A DNA stretch of 64,000 bases from Lama guanicoe (lineage: Eukaryota). The notes beneath the pieces are model-generated. The model saw nothing but the letters and a program-made list of their open reading frames with translations, did not search any database and was not told where the DNA came from. The stretch spans positions 6,211,757-6,275,756 of the forward strand of contig MU054187.1 of the NCBI GenBank assembly GCA_013239625.1, written 5' to 3'. Position numbers and translations under genes: made by a program. Numbering within the stretch: the first letter of the stretch is position 1; every line of letters begins with the position of its first letter. Positions 24,481-37,745 of this stretch are shown here, piece by piece.

Positions 24481-24959
24481 TAGACTGATTGGTCCCAAGG
24501 CAGCCCGTGGGAGGGAGAGAACACACTGGTCTCTTACATCAGCCATCTCTGTGCAGGGACTTCGTTTCCTCATCTGAATGATAATGCACCTGCAAGTGTG
24601 TAATGAAGATTTCTTTGGCTAATGTCCACCCTGTTTGATGTTTAGGAGGAGAGACATCTGGAAAGGGCTGTGAGGTTGATTTGCATGAAGATCCAAGAGG
24701 GTCTTGGGTAAGAACTCGCCATAAGGGGAGAGAGACTCCAAGTGTGATCAGAGTAATGAGACTATAAGCTACAGCCTGGTGCAAAAAGGGAAGAGAAATT
24801 TCAGGTGTGCTAACATCAGTAAGAGTAAGTACTAGGATTAATGTTGCTCTCTGGCCTCATCTCTCACCTTCTCTTTCAGGACTTGTACCAGATCCTTAGA
24901 AGGTGTTATAACTTATAACAAAAATGAGCTGGTTCAGTAAAATACCTACCAGTATGTTG

Positions 24960-25890
24960 TTATGAACACAACACATGCCTTCCTCCAGTACTTCCTAAGC
25001 ATGTGCTGTGGGCTCAGCGTTGGGGATATGCCTCCCTGGACTTTCCCATCAGGCAGGGAAGACAGATTTTCCAAACAAGGAAGGACCATGAAGGTTGGTA
25101 AGTGCTCTGAGTGGTTCAGGACCGCATATTGGGGTTATTCAGCCTTAAGGTTAGAGTCAGACAGGGCTTTGCAGAGGACACGGAATCTAAGCTGAGACAT
25201 GACAGGAGAGCAGGAGGTGGCCGGGCAGAGGGATAGTTCCACGCACAGGGGAACAGGGTGCTCAAAAGTCCCTCAGGCAGAAAAGCACTACGTTTTTGAG
25301 GAACTGAAAGAGGTTCAGCCTGGGCAGAGCGTGGGTGGGATGCTGAGAGGCAGGACGGGAGAGGGTGCGCGGCCAGGGCATTGTAGACTGCTCGGGAGTT
25401 TTGATTTTACCCTAAAAGGCAAAGGAAAGGCACAAGAGGGTTTTAAACGCTGGTGTGTGCGTGTGTGCAACAGCCAGACCTGAGCCTTAGAAGGGTGTGG
25501 GTAGAGGAGGTTGCTACAGGTACCAGATTCGAGGTGATGGTGCCTGGACGGGGGCAGGGCAGTGGACGGGCAGAGAAGTGGATGGATTTAAGCCATATTT
25601 GAGAGGGCTTGCTGTAGGCTGAATACAGGAGGCAAAGGAGAGGGGGAGGGGAGGCTAACTCCTAGGTTTCTGACTTGGACAACTGGAGGGTCAGTGACAC
25701 TGGCTAAGTCGGGGAACACGTGGGGAAATTGGGAAGGGACACTGGCTAAGTCGGGGAACATGTGGGGAAATGGGGAAGGGCTTGCTTGTGCGCATATTGG
25801 TTTGAGGTTCCTGAGAGACAACCACATGGATGTGAACTTGGGGACACTGGTCACCAATGGGAAGGTCAGAGGAGAGTTGAGACGATCATT
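24960..25890 (-). mobile_element. L2 fragment containing a 42-bp tandem duplication (25696-25779)
   Basis: tttgaggaactgaaagagg, gagttttgattttacc, gagaagtggatggattt, ctcctaggtttctgacttggacaactgg are reverse L2 strings. Confidence 0.82.
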
Positions 25891-25899
25891 CAGATAATT

Positions 25900-26290
25900 T
25901 GTGTGTTTATCTCTGAGACCTTTTGGTTGTAAGGAAAGAAGTGCAGTCAAGCCAGCTCAAATAAAATGTGGAATGGTTAGGAGACAGCGAGCTCCCCGGG
26001 CCTGCTGCTCGCAGGACAGCTGTGAGGATGGGCACAGTCCTTCTGGACGGTACCGGGCGGGGTGGCCCTGGTGCCTACGTTCTGCTCCACTTCCCCCTAG
26101 TGGACCAGCCTTCTCTGCTCCTCCGTGACGCCTCCGTCCTCCATGTCTTTGCTCTTGAGGGAGCTATCCCTGCTCCCTACCCCAGCAGACCAGCATCTGA
26201 GTTGAAAAGTTTATTATCATTATAATTCACCATAATTTATACATCTCTTTATTCAGATTCTTGAGGAGAGAGGATCTGATCAGCACTAAG
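25900..26290 (-). mobile_element. Old MaLR LTR fragment (MLT1K/L-like)
   Basis: gaccttttggttgtaagg...aagccagctcaaataaaa and cagattcttgaggagagaggatctgat. Confidence 0.5.
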
Positions 26291-26351
26291 AAGTTAATGG
26301 CATGGTGGCTTTGGATCAGGTGATCACCCTTGGTCCAAGCAGTGACAGTAA

Positions 26352-26486
26352 TGTGTGTATGTGTCTCTGTATATGTGTATGTACGTCTGTGTGTACGTGT
26401 ATGTGTGTATGTACATGTGTATATGTGTCTGTGTATATATGTGTATATGTATGTATGTATGTCTGTGTGTGTGCGTGGGTGTGTGA
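26352..26486. repeat. Compound (TG)n/(TATG)n microsatellite
   Basis: Read directly. Confidence 0.95.
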
Positions 26487-26619
26487 ATGTGAGGGGAGTA
26501 GTCGGGCCAGTTGAACTGGTGAGTGTGGAACTTTTGATGTTGATACATTGTTTATTTTCTTATGTAACCTATTAAATGTTGATTTTGCTGCTACCATGTG
26601 TTCCTTGCAGCAGGAGGAA

Positions 26620-26790
26620 AGAGCCTGGGCAGACAGACAGTCTGAATGTCCCCTTTCCCGGTGCCAGCTTGGGCGGTGTGTATCCTCTCAGAGCCTCAGT
26701 TCCCTGCTCTGTAGAATCAGCAATCCTGTCTGCCTCCCCAGGAGAGGGGATGTAATGGGCTGACACTGTGGATGTTTGGCAGGCGGGAGG
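26620..26790 (+). mobile_element. MIR SINE
   Basis: cctctcagagcctcagttccctgctctgtagaat. Confidence 0.65.
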
Positions 26791-27244
26791 AAGCCTTCAG
26801 TGGCTGACTGTCCTTCCTTTATGCTTGTTCAAGTCACCCTTCCCCCAGAAGACATAACAGGACTTACATCATTTTTTTGTAGTGATCCTTATGCATGAGT
26901 ATGAACAAATGTTTATAAACAACCATATACTTTACTCCATTAAAAAGTAGTTATAAGCACTCAGTAACATTTTGGAAAATTGAGACCAAAAATAAAAATC
27001 ATTTATCCATAATCCTGCCATCTAAATAAAAACACAGAAACATAAATTATGTTCAGAATGAAAAACATATTTTAAAAGCATTTAATTTTCATAAATCTAG
27101 AATATTGATTGACATCTCATTCTAATTTCCTGTTTTGTCCAGAACATCTCACAGAGAGGGCAGTGTTTAGTTAGAACTATATTATTTCTACCAAATTACA
27201 GATACATTCCAGGCAAGAGCTATGTCCACTCAACTGTACTTTGA

Positions 27245-27460
27245 GATGTTAGATTTAATGCAGGGCTAATGAGGCCAAGTCAGAGGTTTCATCCTCACAA
27301 GAGTCAATTAGCCTTAATAACTACTATGGCCACACATTTCACCCCAATCTTGGTTTCCCACCTTGCAAATGAATGGCAGGGGTCACCAGGGAGATTGAAA
27401 GAGGACATGGAGAGTTCAATGCAAATCCATTACCATTACTAGGCAGCCAACTCAAAGGCT
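27245..27460 (+). mobile_element. MamSINE1-like ancient tRNA-derived SINE
   Basis: gctaatgaggccaag...attagc...atggccacac...caccccaa...ttgcaaatg...ggtcaccaggg...tgcaaatccattaccattact...caactcaaag follows the MamSINE1 consensus order as I recall it. Confidence 0.75.
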
Positions 27461-29789
27461 TCTTTTTTGAACAATTAAGTGAACTTGGGGGCGAAATGCT
27501 TAATAGGCACAATTACAATATTTCATGTTGAACAATTGTTGGATTCTAGAATGAAAGTTCCAGGTCCAGCTAGAACAAAACCAGCCCAGATCCATCTCTT
27601 TTCAAGGATGGTTCATGAAAAAAAAAATCTCTAGTTTCAAATGAAGTAAGGGTCAGCAGCTTCAAACAATGATGGAAACTAGAGAATTCCTTCAGCAGGT
27701 TCTTGTTTTTAAATTAATACCAACCCACTGGTTGGAGTTAGAAATTCTGAGAGAAGTAAAATATAGTGAGTGATTATGCTATGATTTGAATGAACCTTGG
27801 AGAATGTCCTGGAAAGTCCTTGTGAGAGGTTGGAGAGATTTGAAAATCTGCCCATTAATCTGTTTACCCGAGGTCATCTTCAAGCAGACACACAAATTTC
27901 AAGAATTCTGTCTGAGGAAGTTGCATTACGCTATTGGGGTAATTTCTCCAGTGACACTAAATATATGTCTCCGAACATCTGCATGGAGTTTTTAATCAGT
28001 CTTCCCTCTACCACAGTGCACTTTCTGTGCACTTAACCTGCTTTCTTTGCAAGATGATTTGTATACATACCCACCACTCACTGCACCTCCATGGAGAAGA
28101 TGTAGACTGCTGAGAAATTCACGTGTGAGCTCTGGTGACCTCTTCCGCCCTGGTGGCAGGGCTTTGCACCATATTGATATTCCATCCCACCCTTTGTGCA
28201 GAGGGCAGGGATGTTAGTTCTCCTGTGCGATAGCTGGTCACCAGCACTCACACACCTGCACGTGGGTTTAGCCACACACTAGAGGAGAATGTATCATGCA
28301 AGCTTTTCTAGCATATGGATTTTTTTTACCCCCCCCCCCAATGTCTTCTTTTCTCCTCTTTGCAAGACCAGCCACACCATTCGGGCTCAGAACTCACGTT
28401 GGAGGCTCAGTTAAGCTGCTGTTTGATACTGTTTTTGCTTGTTACCGCATCTCTGACATCGTGTCATCGTTGATTTGTTCCTGATCAGACCAGCCCGGAA
28501 CAGAATTGGCTTCCTAGTTGGGAATTTTTGTGGTCTGAAAGAGGAGATTTGTTTTAACAAACTATTATCTCTCCCAGGGAAGCAGACAAAGGCAATTTAT
28601 GAATTTCTTCTTGGCGTTCTCCTGGGGGGCCCCTCTTGCTTTTCCTCCTGTCCTCCTGTCTCTTTCTCACGCTGCTTACAAACAAAACCCCTGAACAGTA
28701 CTCACTGAACTCACAAACCATCCCCTGGGCCCCTGGATCAGACAGAACTCGCCATTCTGGCTGCCAGTTGAGTGGAGGATGTTGGGAAAAAATACTGTTG
28801 TGCAAGTTAAGGAAAGAGTGGGCTGTTCTGGGTTGGGATTCTCCTTTTCAGCTCTCCAGAGGCATCAATTAAGGACCAGAAATGTGAAGGTGTAGCAAAT
28901 GAACAGAATGTTAGGGTTTGTTTTTTTTAAGTGAAATTCCACTGTTTCCCAGGGATTTTGACATGAAGCTTTACATATTTTTCATGTCAGCTCTATTCCG
29001 GGCACCTTTGTTTTCCAGCCTGCATGCCTGCCTCTTCTTAACAGCTGGACACATCACCATTCCATTTTTCTATTGGTTGTGACTGAAGTAGCTTGAGGTC
29101 AATTATTTCCCCAGCAATTGACAAAGACTCTTGACGAAGAGGAAAGTGACATTGTCCCTTGAACAACACTGCTCCCTCCTCCCCCGCCCTCCTGGTTGAG
29201 AGGCCGGCAGACTCCTTTTGCAAGGAGCCCAGCAGGGCAGTGGCGGTGGGGTCTGTGCAAGTGCGTGAGTAACATATGGCAAGTGGAGAAAATATTTATA
29301 TTCATCAGGAAAGAGCAGGAGAAGATCCAAAGAAGGTCATTCCACCGAGATTTCAAGCAGGAGACGTGATGTTCTGGCTTTGGTTTGATACCACAGAGAA
29401 TGTAAAGAAAGCGTGTTTTGTTTTGTTGCTTCCCTGCAACCCTTGCTCCTCTTAACAATCTGAATTGTTGGCGGTTTGAAAACGGGCCTATCCCTCCTCC
29501 TGAGCTCCACGAAAGTACCGCACTGGACCCTCCCAGGGCCCTGCTGCTAAGGTCCTCCCCCGCCCTACTCTGCCCCAGGACCAGAATCCAAAGCCACTTT
29601 CTCTGGGCCTTGTGCCTTGGGCCTTGGGCCTGTCGGAGTTTCTTCCCTTTATGTTTTGATTAGGAGGCCCGTAACAGAGCGCACCAAGTGGGCATTTGGG
29701 CAAACGGTTCCTGGGGGAAGACATAAATATTTAATCAGGGTTAGACTGCTCTCTGACGAGAAACCTCCAGTGACTACTCCAGGGCTTTC

Positions 29790-30200
29790 CAGCCGGCGTT
29801 TGGCACCGCTGCTTCCTAAGAAAGGTAAAGGGCCCCCTTCCAGGCCCCCAGTGGAGAAAAACTCGCTTTGTCCGCAGCGCTACCGTCCATCGGGTGGGAG
29901 GGAGCGGCTGCCTTCTGGGCGCCCCGGGGGCCGCGGCGCAGACGCGTCCATGCGCTCCCTGCCCTCGACGGACCCGCAGACTGACGGACACGTGTGCATT
30001 TTGCCGCGCCGCCCCTCCCGCGTCCAGCACCGCAGGGGCAACGTGCGGACTTGCATGGAGAGTGGGGGACAGCGAGGGGATCAGTGCCCATCTGGTCGTC
30101 GCAAGCTTACCCTCCTCCCTGAGCACGCAGGAAGGTGTGAAACAGGGCGCTTGGGGAGACCCCCCCCCCCCCGCGCCTCCTTCAAAGCGGCGAGCTCCAA
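29790..30200. promoter_or_regulatory. Small CpG-rich island (CpG-rich shoulder extends to ~30990)
   Basis: Dense CpGs (ggcgccccgggggccgcggcgcagacgcg; gccgcgccgcccctcccgcg) in a repeat-free block. Confidence 0.65.
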
Positions 30201-30277
30201 GGCTCTGTTCTTTAAATTCTGGTTCGGTTTGAGAGCTTCTTACTCTCTACTCCCCCTCCAATTCCAGTTGCAAAGCG

Positions 30278-30310
30278 GGTGGTGGTGGTGGTGGTGGTGG
30301 TGGTGGTGGT
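30278..30310. repeat. (GGT)11 trinucleotide repeat
   Basis: Perfect 33-bp repeat. Confidence 0.97.
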
Positions 30311-31247
30311 AGTGAAATGGGGTACAGGTGCGGCTGAGTCCTGGCTGAGGAGGGGTCCCCTGGTGAAGCCGCCCATAAACAGCGGCCCTGCAGCACCACA
30401 GAGGCCACGCTTAATGGATTCTTTCAGATAAAAGAGCCCGGCTACCTTTCTTTCCTATAATGGCCCCTGAGGCTAACATCTTAAAGAGGAAAACCAGGGA
30501 TTGTTTTACAGCACGTGGGGGGTGGGGGGCAGGCTTGCAGGGGTGGGGGAGGTGGCCCCTGCTTGTTAACCCTTCCCCTCCCTTGGCCGCCCAGGCCTCC
30601 CAGGCATGCTCCCAGGAGCAGAAACAGGAGGGAGGAGAGAGGATAGTGCTGGGGGGTGGGGTAGAGGTGGGGTCCCGATGTGAGCCGGCCCCGAGCGTCC
30701 CTCACTCCCTTCTTGATCTTATTTCTAAAGAACTTCTGCAAGGGAGGACTGACATGATCAAGGGACCCTTGTCTTCGAGGTGCAGTTTTAAGAGTTAAGC
30801 CAGGGGGCGTTTCTCGGGAGCCCTGGGTGATCCCCCAGGATCCGCGCGTGGCAGTGCCCCTAGGCTCTGGACCCTTGGAGGGTGACCCCAGGACGGCCTC
30901 TCTCGCCCTGCACCCCGGGGCTGGGGGTAGGGGCTGTTCCTGAGCCTCGCTGAGACCCAGTTCTTCAGGTGTGAGTGCTGTGTACCCGGCCTGGGCGTCT
31001 TTTACAGGAAGTTTACGTTTGCAAACTACGGAGGGAGAGCGAGGGAGAGAGTGTTAGTGCATCTGCTTCCTGACTTTTTGTTCTGGCTTCGGGAGAGGAT
31101 GAAAACAATAGTTACATAGCTATTGGTGACAAGGGATGTAAGAAATAAACAACTCAACAACAGAAATGCCCAGAGGGATGGTTTGTTTTTAAAGCCTTTA
31201 TTATGGAAATAATTGCACAAACATTGAAGGAGAGAAAATGGTGTCTG

Positions 31248-31448
31248 CTGTGGGTCTCAAATTTGAGCACGCCAGCTTCACTGAGCAGAGTCCTCACATC
31301 CTCGGGAGGTTTGGTGGAAACTCAGATTGCTGGGCCCCACCCCAGGGTTTTTCATTTAGTAGATCTGGGGTCTCCTGCTGCAGCCTGAGAATTTGCAAGT
31401 TTCCAGGAGATGCTGCTAATCTAGACAGGGGACTGTGAGATCCGCTAG
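31248..31448. mobile_element. MER5A hAT-Charlie MITE
   Basis: ggtctcaaatttgagc...cagattgctgggccccaccccag...agtagatctgggg...gagaatttgca...tgctgct. Confidence 0.85.
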
Positions 31449-32904
31449 TATAATAAGTCCCTTGTAACCCTCACCCAGCTTCACTATGTAAACTGTATAA
31501 CATTTGCCCATCAGGTGTCTTCCGTCTCCTCCCTGTCTTTTGGTTTGCTGGAGACCTTTGAGAGCAAATCCCAGACATCTTGTCATTTTACCCATATGGA
31601 TGATTTTTAATTCAGCAGCTACTTAAGCCAAGAGGAGTAAAGGCTCTGAGAGGCTGGAAAAGCCTTTCCATGCTTCCAGGAAGTTCAGCCTCCCTCTGTT
31701 TCCCTTCTGGTCATTTCACCCTGGGGTCTAGCTCAGAGCCTCTCTCTGTAAAATCCATGTGCATGTCTTCGTTTCTGAACCCACCTTTCAAGAGTTCATT
31801 GCCAGCAACACTGGTGAGGTTACCGGAATGCTGCTGGATTTTCCAGCAAGCTGGCCTGGTCTGGGGCGTCACTTGGGCCCCATCTCTCAGCTTTGGGTCA
31901 TTATCCCAATAATTACCATTATCTGTCCTCATGTGCTCCCATGACCACCATTTACCCTCCAGTGTTTATCTAACGAGGCACCTTCCCCGAGGACCGAGCT
32001 TTGGACCTCAGGGTTTGGGGTGGTACCCACAACAGTGCAAGCCCACAATGATATTTTGAATAGGTTACCTCCTTCTTAGGGATCCTGAGCTGATCTCCCA
32101 AGGGAGGCTGCCATGCCTTCCCCTTCTTATAATTACTGGTATTGGAAAGGGGAGACCCCAGCCTGTAGCTTCTGGTAGTGGCCATCACTGAAGCCCAGTT
32201 TAACCTCCTTCATTGGTGGGTCCTGTACAGTCTGGCTGTGCAGGTTGATTCTGTTCAGAGGTACTGAGTTCTCTCTTATATTCTACTCAGTCTTTAGCGT
32301 GAAGCTTCACCCAGGCTTCTCTACCCACCCACCCCCAGGCCCCTCCCGCAGCCCTCCTTCCCTGAGAACCCCGGAGACGGATGACCAGACAGAATGAGGT
32401 GCAGTTGGGCCCAAAGGGGAGCAAACACTTGCTGTTTGCATTTTCTTGGAGAAAGGCTAGAAAAGCAAAGGCAAGCTGAAGGGCTCATGAGACAACAGGA
32501 AAGTGACAGCTGATTCCAGGCGGGCAAAAGAAGACAAACAGAGGAAGATGAGGCGAAATGAAAATACAAACAGAGCTTGGGGTGTTGGAACCTCCTCCAT
32601 CCCTGGGGCTTTCTTTTGCAGCAGATGGAGTAGGGAAAAAATTCATACAGCTTCCTGGAGAGTCAGGAGAAGAGGGAGAGGCAGAACAACCAGCATCTAA
32701 GAGAGCAGACTTTGTAACAGCCTAGGGGAGCTCTCAGGGCTGGGGTGGGGGAAGGACTGATGGAGCAGTTTTACCGCTTCTCCCAGACTGGAGGCCATGT
32801 GGTGCTGGGGCAAGATTTGGTATCAAAAGTTTTGAATTCCTTCCTGGTTCTGCCTTCTAATAGCTGGTATTGTTGGATTCAACCTCAGGACTTCAGTTGC
32901 CTTA

Positions 32905-33280
32905 TTGATTGATTCATTTGTTCCTTCAACAGCTATGAATGAGCCTCCACTGTGTGCTACATGCTGTGCTGGGAGCTGGGGATACGCTGTGAACAAAACA
33001 GACGTGATCCTGCCTTCACAGAGCTTTCATAATATACGAATATATAGAGATTATATATTTTAGTCTGGGAGACAGACATTAAAGAGAAGTAAGTCAAATG
33101 GCATGTCGGAGAGTGATAAAGTCCTGCAGTGAGAAAGCAAAACAGGGAGACAAATCAGAATGTTCCAGCAGGGTTTGGTGTTGATATTTTAGGGAGCATG
33201 GCCAAGGGAAGCTTCGCTGAGAAGCTGACATGGAGCAAATGCCTGAAGGAAGGTGCTTTGTCTGCAGAGTCTGTGGAATA
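32905..33280 (-). mobile_element. L2a-like 3' end
   Basis: ttcatttgttccttcaaca...ctggggatacgctgtgaacaaaacagac...cctgccttcacagagctt. Confidence 0.85.
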
Positions 33281-34911
33281 GGGGTGTGACTCTTTCCCAA
33301 ACTTGCGAGGAGTAGGCGGGGTGATGTGAGTAGAAGGTGTGTCCAGAGACACAGCCTCTTGCCTTTGCCTTGTCAATGCCTCTTGCTAAAATTACAGTCG
33401 TTAAAATGTACTCTGAACAAGTCTGAAGCGAGAGCCCCTCTGATGGCTTTGGCGACTGTCTTCCCTGTTTCCTGCTTCCTTAGGACAGCAGAGACCTAGA
33501 GGCCCGGGGATGGATGGTGTGCTCTGTGGGAAGCCCGGCTGGACCCTCCCTCCATCCCAGTCTCTGCAAAAAATGACATCACAGGGGAGGCTGGAGGGAG
33601 CACCAAGGGCAGGGCCACATGGGTGTCACTCTCCCCCTTACGTTTTCATGGCCCCAGTGACAAGGCAAAGGAAGTGATACTGCAGAGGCTGATCTTTAAT
33701 GAGAGGAGGTCACAGTGGTCGTGGGAGAGTTCCCCATGAGAAAGAAGAGGAACTGTCTGGCGGAGGCAAAAGCTGAAACTAGGTTGTAACCGCAGCAGCA
33801 ATCGGTTGGCTTGCTGAGACTCATTCAAGTTGCTGTGCCTTTTAGCAATTGTTTTGGTGCTGCTCCTGGGTGTTTGGGAGACCAGACATCCTCAGGGATG
33901 TCAGGCCCCATCCTTTCTCCTGCCCATAGTAGGTGCTTTTCCACACCGCGACGCCTATCACTTGTTCACACTTCCTATCCCTTGAGGTCATCTGGGGGCT
34001 CGGTGGCAGCTGTTTTCTGCAGCTCTTCTGCAGTTTGGTCCTGAGAGGGCCATGTGCGTCCCTTTTGACCTCCACTGTGTCAATGAGGGAGGGGATGAGG
34101 AAAGTGTGGGCTGCTTACCTTTTCAACTCTTGGTGGTTCCCATTTATATCGGCTCCAACCTGCAGAGCCAGGTGGCCTGCTCCCCTGAAGAAAAACACCC
34201 CAACCCTCTCTTTCCTCTTTGCTGTTGTTTAAAGCTGTGCTGATAACAACATAAACAAGTCTCTGTTTGGCTGCCACCCCCACAACCAGGCCTGGATGGG
34301 GGCAGCTGGTGCTTTCCATCCACAAGCAAATTGTAGCGCAGCGCACTCCCGCGGGGGAGGGGGGCTGCCCTAGCTGCTGCTGGCCAGTCACCGGAGGCCT
34401 TATCAGGTGAGAGCGGTGGAAATGAGCCATTGAAGGTCTGATCCCTGGAGAACACTTCCTGCTCACAGCCACTCTGAAGGCCCTGCGGGCATGCGTGGAC
34501 ACGGAGGCTGTCTCTTGCCCCATTTTGGAAAAGTGGGTGGATTGTTAAACAGACCTTCTCAGAAAAGATCAGAGAGGCAGGTGGGGATGGAGGGAGATAT
34601 TCCACTTCACCCCTGGTCCTGGGCTCACTCTCAAAGCGCCTGTGTGAGTAAAGCTGAGTGGCAGGAAGGGAGAAGCAGCTGACAGAGAGGATGTGGTTAC
34701 TCTGCAAGACCCTGTTCTGCTACAGGATCAAAATTGTTGCAAAACACACTCATGTTACAATTTCATAGACCGGTAGCTATTAAATAAAATGGTGTGTGTA
34801 TGTGTGTGTGCGCGTCTGTAGGTGTTTTCCTGCATATTATTATATGGGCCTTGCGGTCAATGACCATTTAGTGTGATCAGTAGTTTACCAAGAAAGACAG
34901 TTATATCTCAT

Positions 34912-35286
34912 TGTGTTACTTTGCTGGGGCTGCCCAGAGCAAATGACCACAGCCTGGGGGGCTTAAACCACAGACATTTATTTTCTCACAGTTCTGGGGG
35001 CTGGAAGTCTGAGGTCAGACGTGGGTGGGGTTGGTTCCCTGTGAGGCCTCCCTCCTTTGCAGACGGCTGCCTTCTCCCTGTGTCCTCACACGATCTTCTG
35101 GTCTCTGCGCATGTCTGTCCAAATCTCTTCTTATAGAGACACTTGCCATGTTAGGTCCCAACCTAATGGCCTCATTTTCAACTTAATTACCTCTTTTGAA
35201 AAGCTCCCCTCAAATACGCTCACTTTTCTGGGGAATTGAGAACTTCAGCACATGAACTGTGGGGAACACAAGTCAGCCTCTGACTG
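34912..35286 (-). mobile_element. MaLR solo LTR (MLT1B-like), near full length
   Basis: ggggctgcc...gaccacagcctggggggcttaaaccacagacatttattttctcacagttctgggggctggaagtctgag...aacttaattacctc...ggggaacacaagtcagcc. Confidence 0.9.
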
Positions 35287-35373
35287 CAAACGGAGCAAAA
35301 GTCCCAACTCACCGAGAGCCTCATGACACAGACCAGGGCCTTGCAGTTTAGAGAGTGTAAGGGCTTAACCATG

Positions 35374-35397
35374 AAAAAAAAAAAAAAAAAAAAAAAA
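35374..35397. repeat. A24 homopolymer
   Basis: Read directly; no retroposon body recognised upstream. Confidence 0.95.
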
Positions 35398-36769
35398 TGT
35401 GCTAGTAAGATTTTTTTTTCTGAAGAAACAGCTAAAACATTTTAGTTCTTTTCAGAACCAGTTATGCTTAGTGAAACCAGTTATGCTGCGAGATTTAAAA
35501 CATTTAAATATAAAAGAAGCAACCTATGTTAGGACAATAGGATTAGAGTTCATTAAATTGGTTTCCATTTCATTAATTTTATTGTCGTTATATTACCTTT
35601 ATTATTAAAAATTATAAATGCAAAATGAGTGGCGGCATTGCACATATACTACCTTTAGAAACTACCTATTTCGGTATCTTCGCTTTGGAGCAAGGATGCT
35701 GGGACACAGAGATGGAGGCGGTGGCCACCAGCGCGGCCGGGCCCGCAGGTCCAGTCTGCCCACACCTCGCAGGTAAAGCTTTGGCTGCACGGAGTTGGGC
35801 GGTTCTTAGATTTCCACAGGCCAAACAGAGCGAGCCTGGAGGTACTAAAGGAGACTGTCCTCTGATCCCGAGTTGGGACTTTTGCTCCGTTTTCAGAGAA
35901 TACTTTCCTTTGTTTGTTTTTCTGATAAATCTTGAAACCAGTGCAGACTCCACCGCGGCCCCCACGGTACCCAGATGAGACAGGGCCTGTCACATCTGCC
36001 GCCTCATCTCCGCCCACAGCGCCCACGCAGTTGAGGCTTGAGATGGGTGAGCACTCCAGCCCTTCCTGATTCTTCTCAGCAGAGTACTGTATTTCCTTCT
36101 CTGTAAAAACAGCATGATATCATCCCGCCATCCCACTGAGGTGGTGCTTGTTTCAACAGGAGGCAGGTCGGCATCCGGGCGCGGGGGGTGAACGCCTTCC
36201 CGCCACGCAGGAAGCACACGTCAGCACACATTTATCAGGAGCTGTGCCCGCCCTGTCATCCAGATATTTGGGATCCGATGTGAGGAAGCACATTAGATCA
36301 CCCCCATGTCCCCTCAAGGCCAAGTAGTGACTTCATAGGTCCACGGCTTCCTTACTGCAACGAACATGAGGATGTACGGATGTTTATTTACAGTGTTCAG
36401 GAAGGATGCAGCATTGTTTGATATGTGAAAGGGCGGGTATGCGTTGTTTTTAGGATGATCCCCCTAGAGCCCTGAGGTGGACGGTTTCTTTCTCAGTGAC
36501 ATGAAATCCCTCGCTGTCCCTTGCTGTCATGACCAAACTTGCCATCTGCTCTGAGATCCTCTGGGTCCGTGCCCGGGGTTGTCTAGCCAACGCACATCCT
36601 CTGCCTCTGCCTCTTCTCCTTTCTCAGAATCGGCACCTCTCCCGGCTCCCGCCCTCACCTGGTCCTCTTGAGGTGCTCTGGGAACACGATTCCTCACTTC
36701 TGTCTTAACTCAGGTCTTAGAAGTTTTCCTGTTCTTATTCTGGGTTAGCACAGTTAGTTCCAGATACCT

Positions 36770-37392
36770 TATTATTATTATTATTTTATTTTATTTTTTT
36801 TTTGGTGTGGTGGTTTAAAAAATTGTGGTTAAAAAATTGGTAAAAACACTTACCAATATAACTATTTTAAAGTATACAGTTTAGGGGCATTAAGTACATT
36901 CAGTGTTGTGCACCCATCCCCACCACCCATCTCCAGAACTTTGTCATCATCCCAAACAGAAGGTCTGTACCCATTAAACATTCTCCCCATTCTCCCTTCC
37001 CTCCAGCCTGAGGCGATCTCTAGTATTTATGAATTTGCCTGTGGTAAGCACCTCATATAAATGGACTCATTCAGTGTTTGCCCTTTTGTGTGTGGCTTAG
37101 TTCAGTTAGCTCAATGTCTTCAGGATTCATCCATGTTGTAGCATATATCAAAATTTCATTCCTTTGTAAGGCTGAAAAATATTCCATTTAATATATATAC
37201 ACCCCATTTTGTTTAAGCATTTCTCTGTTGCTGGGTATTTGGTGTATTTTCATCTTTTTGGCTCTTGTGAATAATGCTGCTAACACTGGTGTACAAATGT
37301 CTGAGTCTCTGCTTTCAGTTCTTTTAGGTCTATACTTAGCAGTGAAATTACTGGATCATATGGTCGTTTGATGTTTAACTTCCTGAGGCACC
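36770..37392 (-). mobile_element. L1MB-like 3' end
   Basis: (tta)n/T tail; ggcattaagtacattca...catctccagaacttt...cccaaacagaa...tacccattaaaca...ttcatccatgttgtagcat. Confidence 0.9.
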
Positions 37393-37559
37393 ATCATCCC
37401 CACCTCCCTGAGCCCAGTGCCATTGTGTGCTGATTTGCAAAAGCAGGACTGTTGCCTCTTAGGGGGAAGGACCTCAGCAGTCATCTGGTCTACTACTCAC
37501 TTTCTTTGCCCGTGGTGCTGACTAGCACAGGAGTTCTGCTTTCCCTGAAGTCAAATGGG

Positions 37560-37745
37560 CGGAGTTGAATTCCAGTTCTGATCCTTGCTAGATCTGTACT
37601 CTTGGGTGGGTGACTTAAATGTTGCTGAGTAACAGTTTCTGATGAGGAAAATGATATCTACTTCTGAGGGCTGTTGAGGAATAAATAAGACAATGGTAAA
37701 ATGCTTGGCAAAGATCCAGTTACAGGCAACTCCTTGATGAGTGGT
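37560..37745 (+). mobile_element. MIR SINE
   Basis: ttgaattccagttctg...tgacttaa...gagggctgttgaggaataaataag. Confidence 0.65.

Noticed and set aside
25696..25779. Direct repeats as a CRISPR-like array
   Set aside because: Two abutting units with no spacers in a mammalian L2; no cas genes.
29617..30312. 231-aa ORF ending in poly-Trp
   Set aside because: GC-rich artefact; the poly-W is simply the (GGT)n microsatellite.
35455..35488. Short direct repeat aaccagttatgct x2 (also ctgcatggac x2 at ~60926-60946)
   Set aside because: Ordinary micro-duplications with no further structure.
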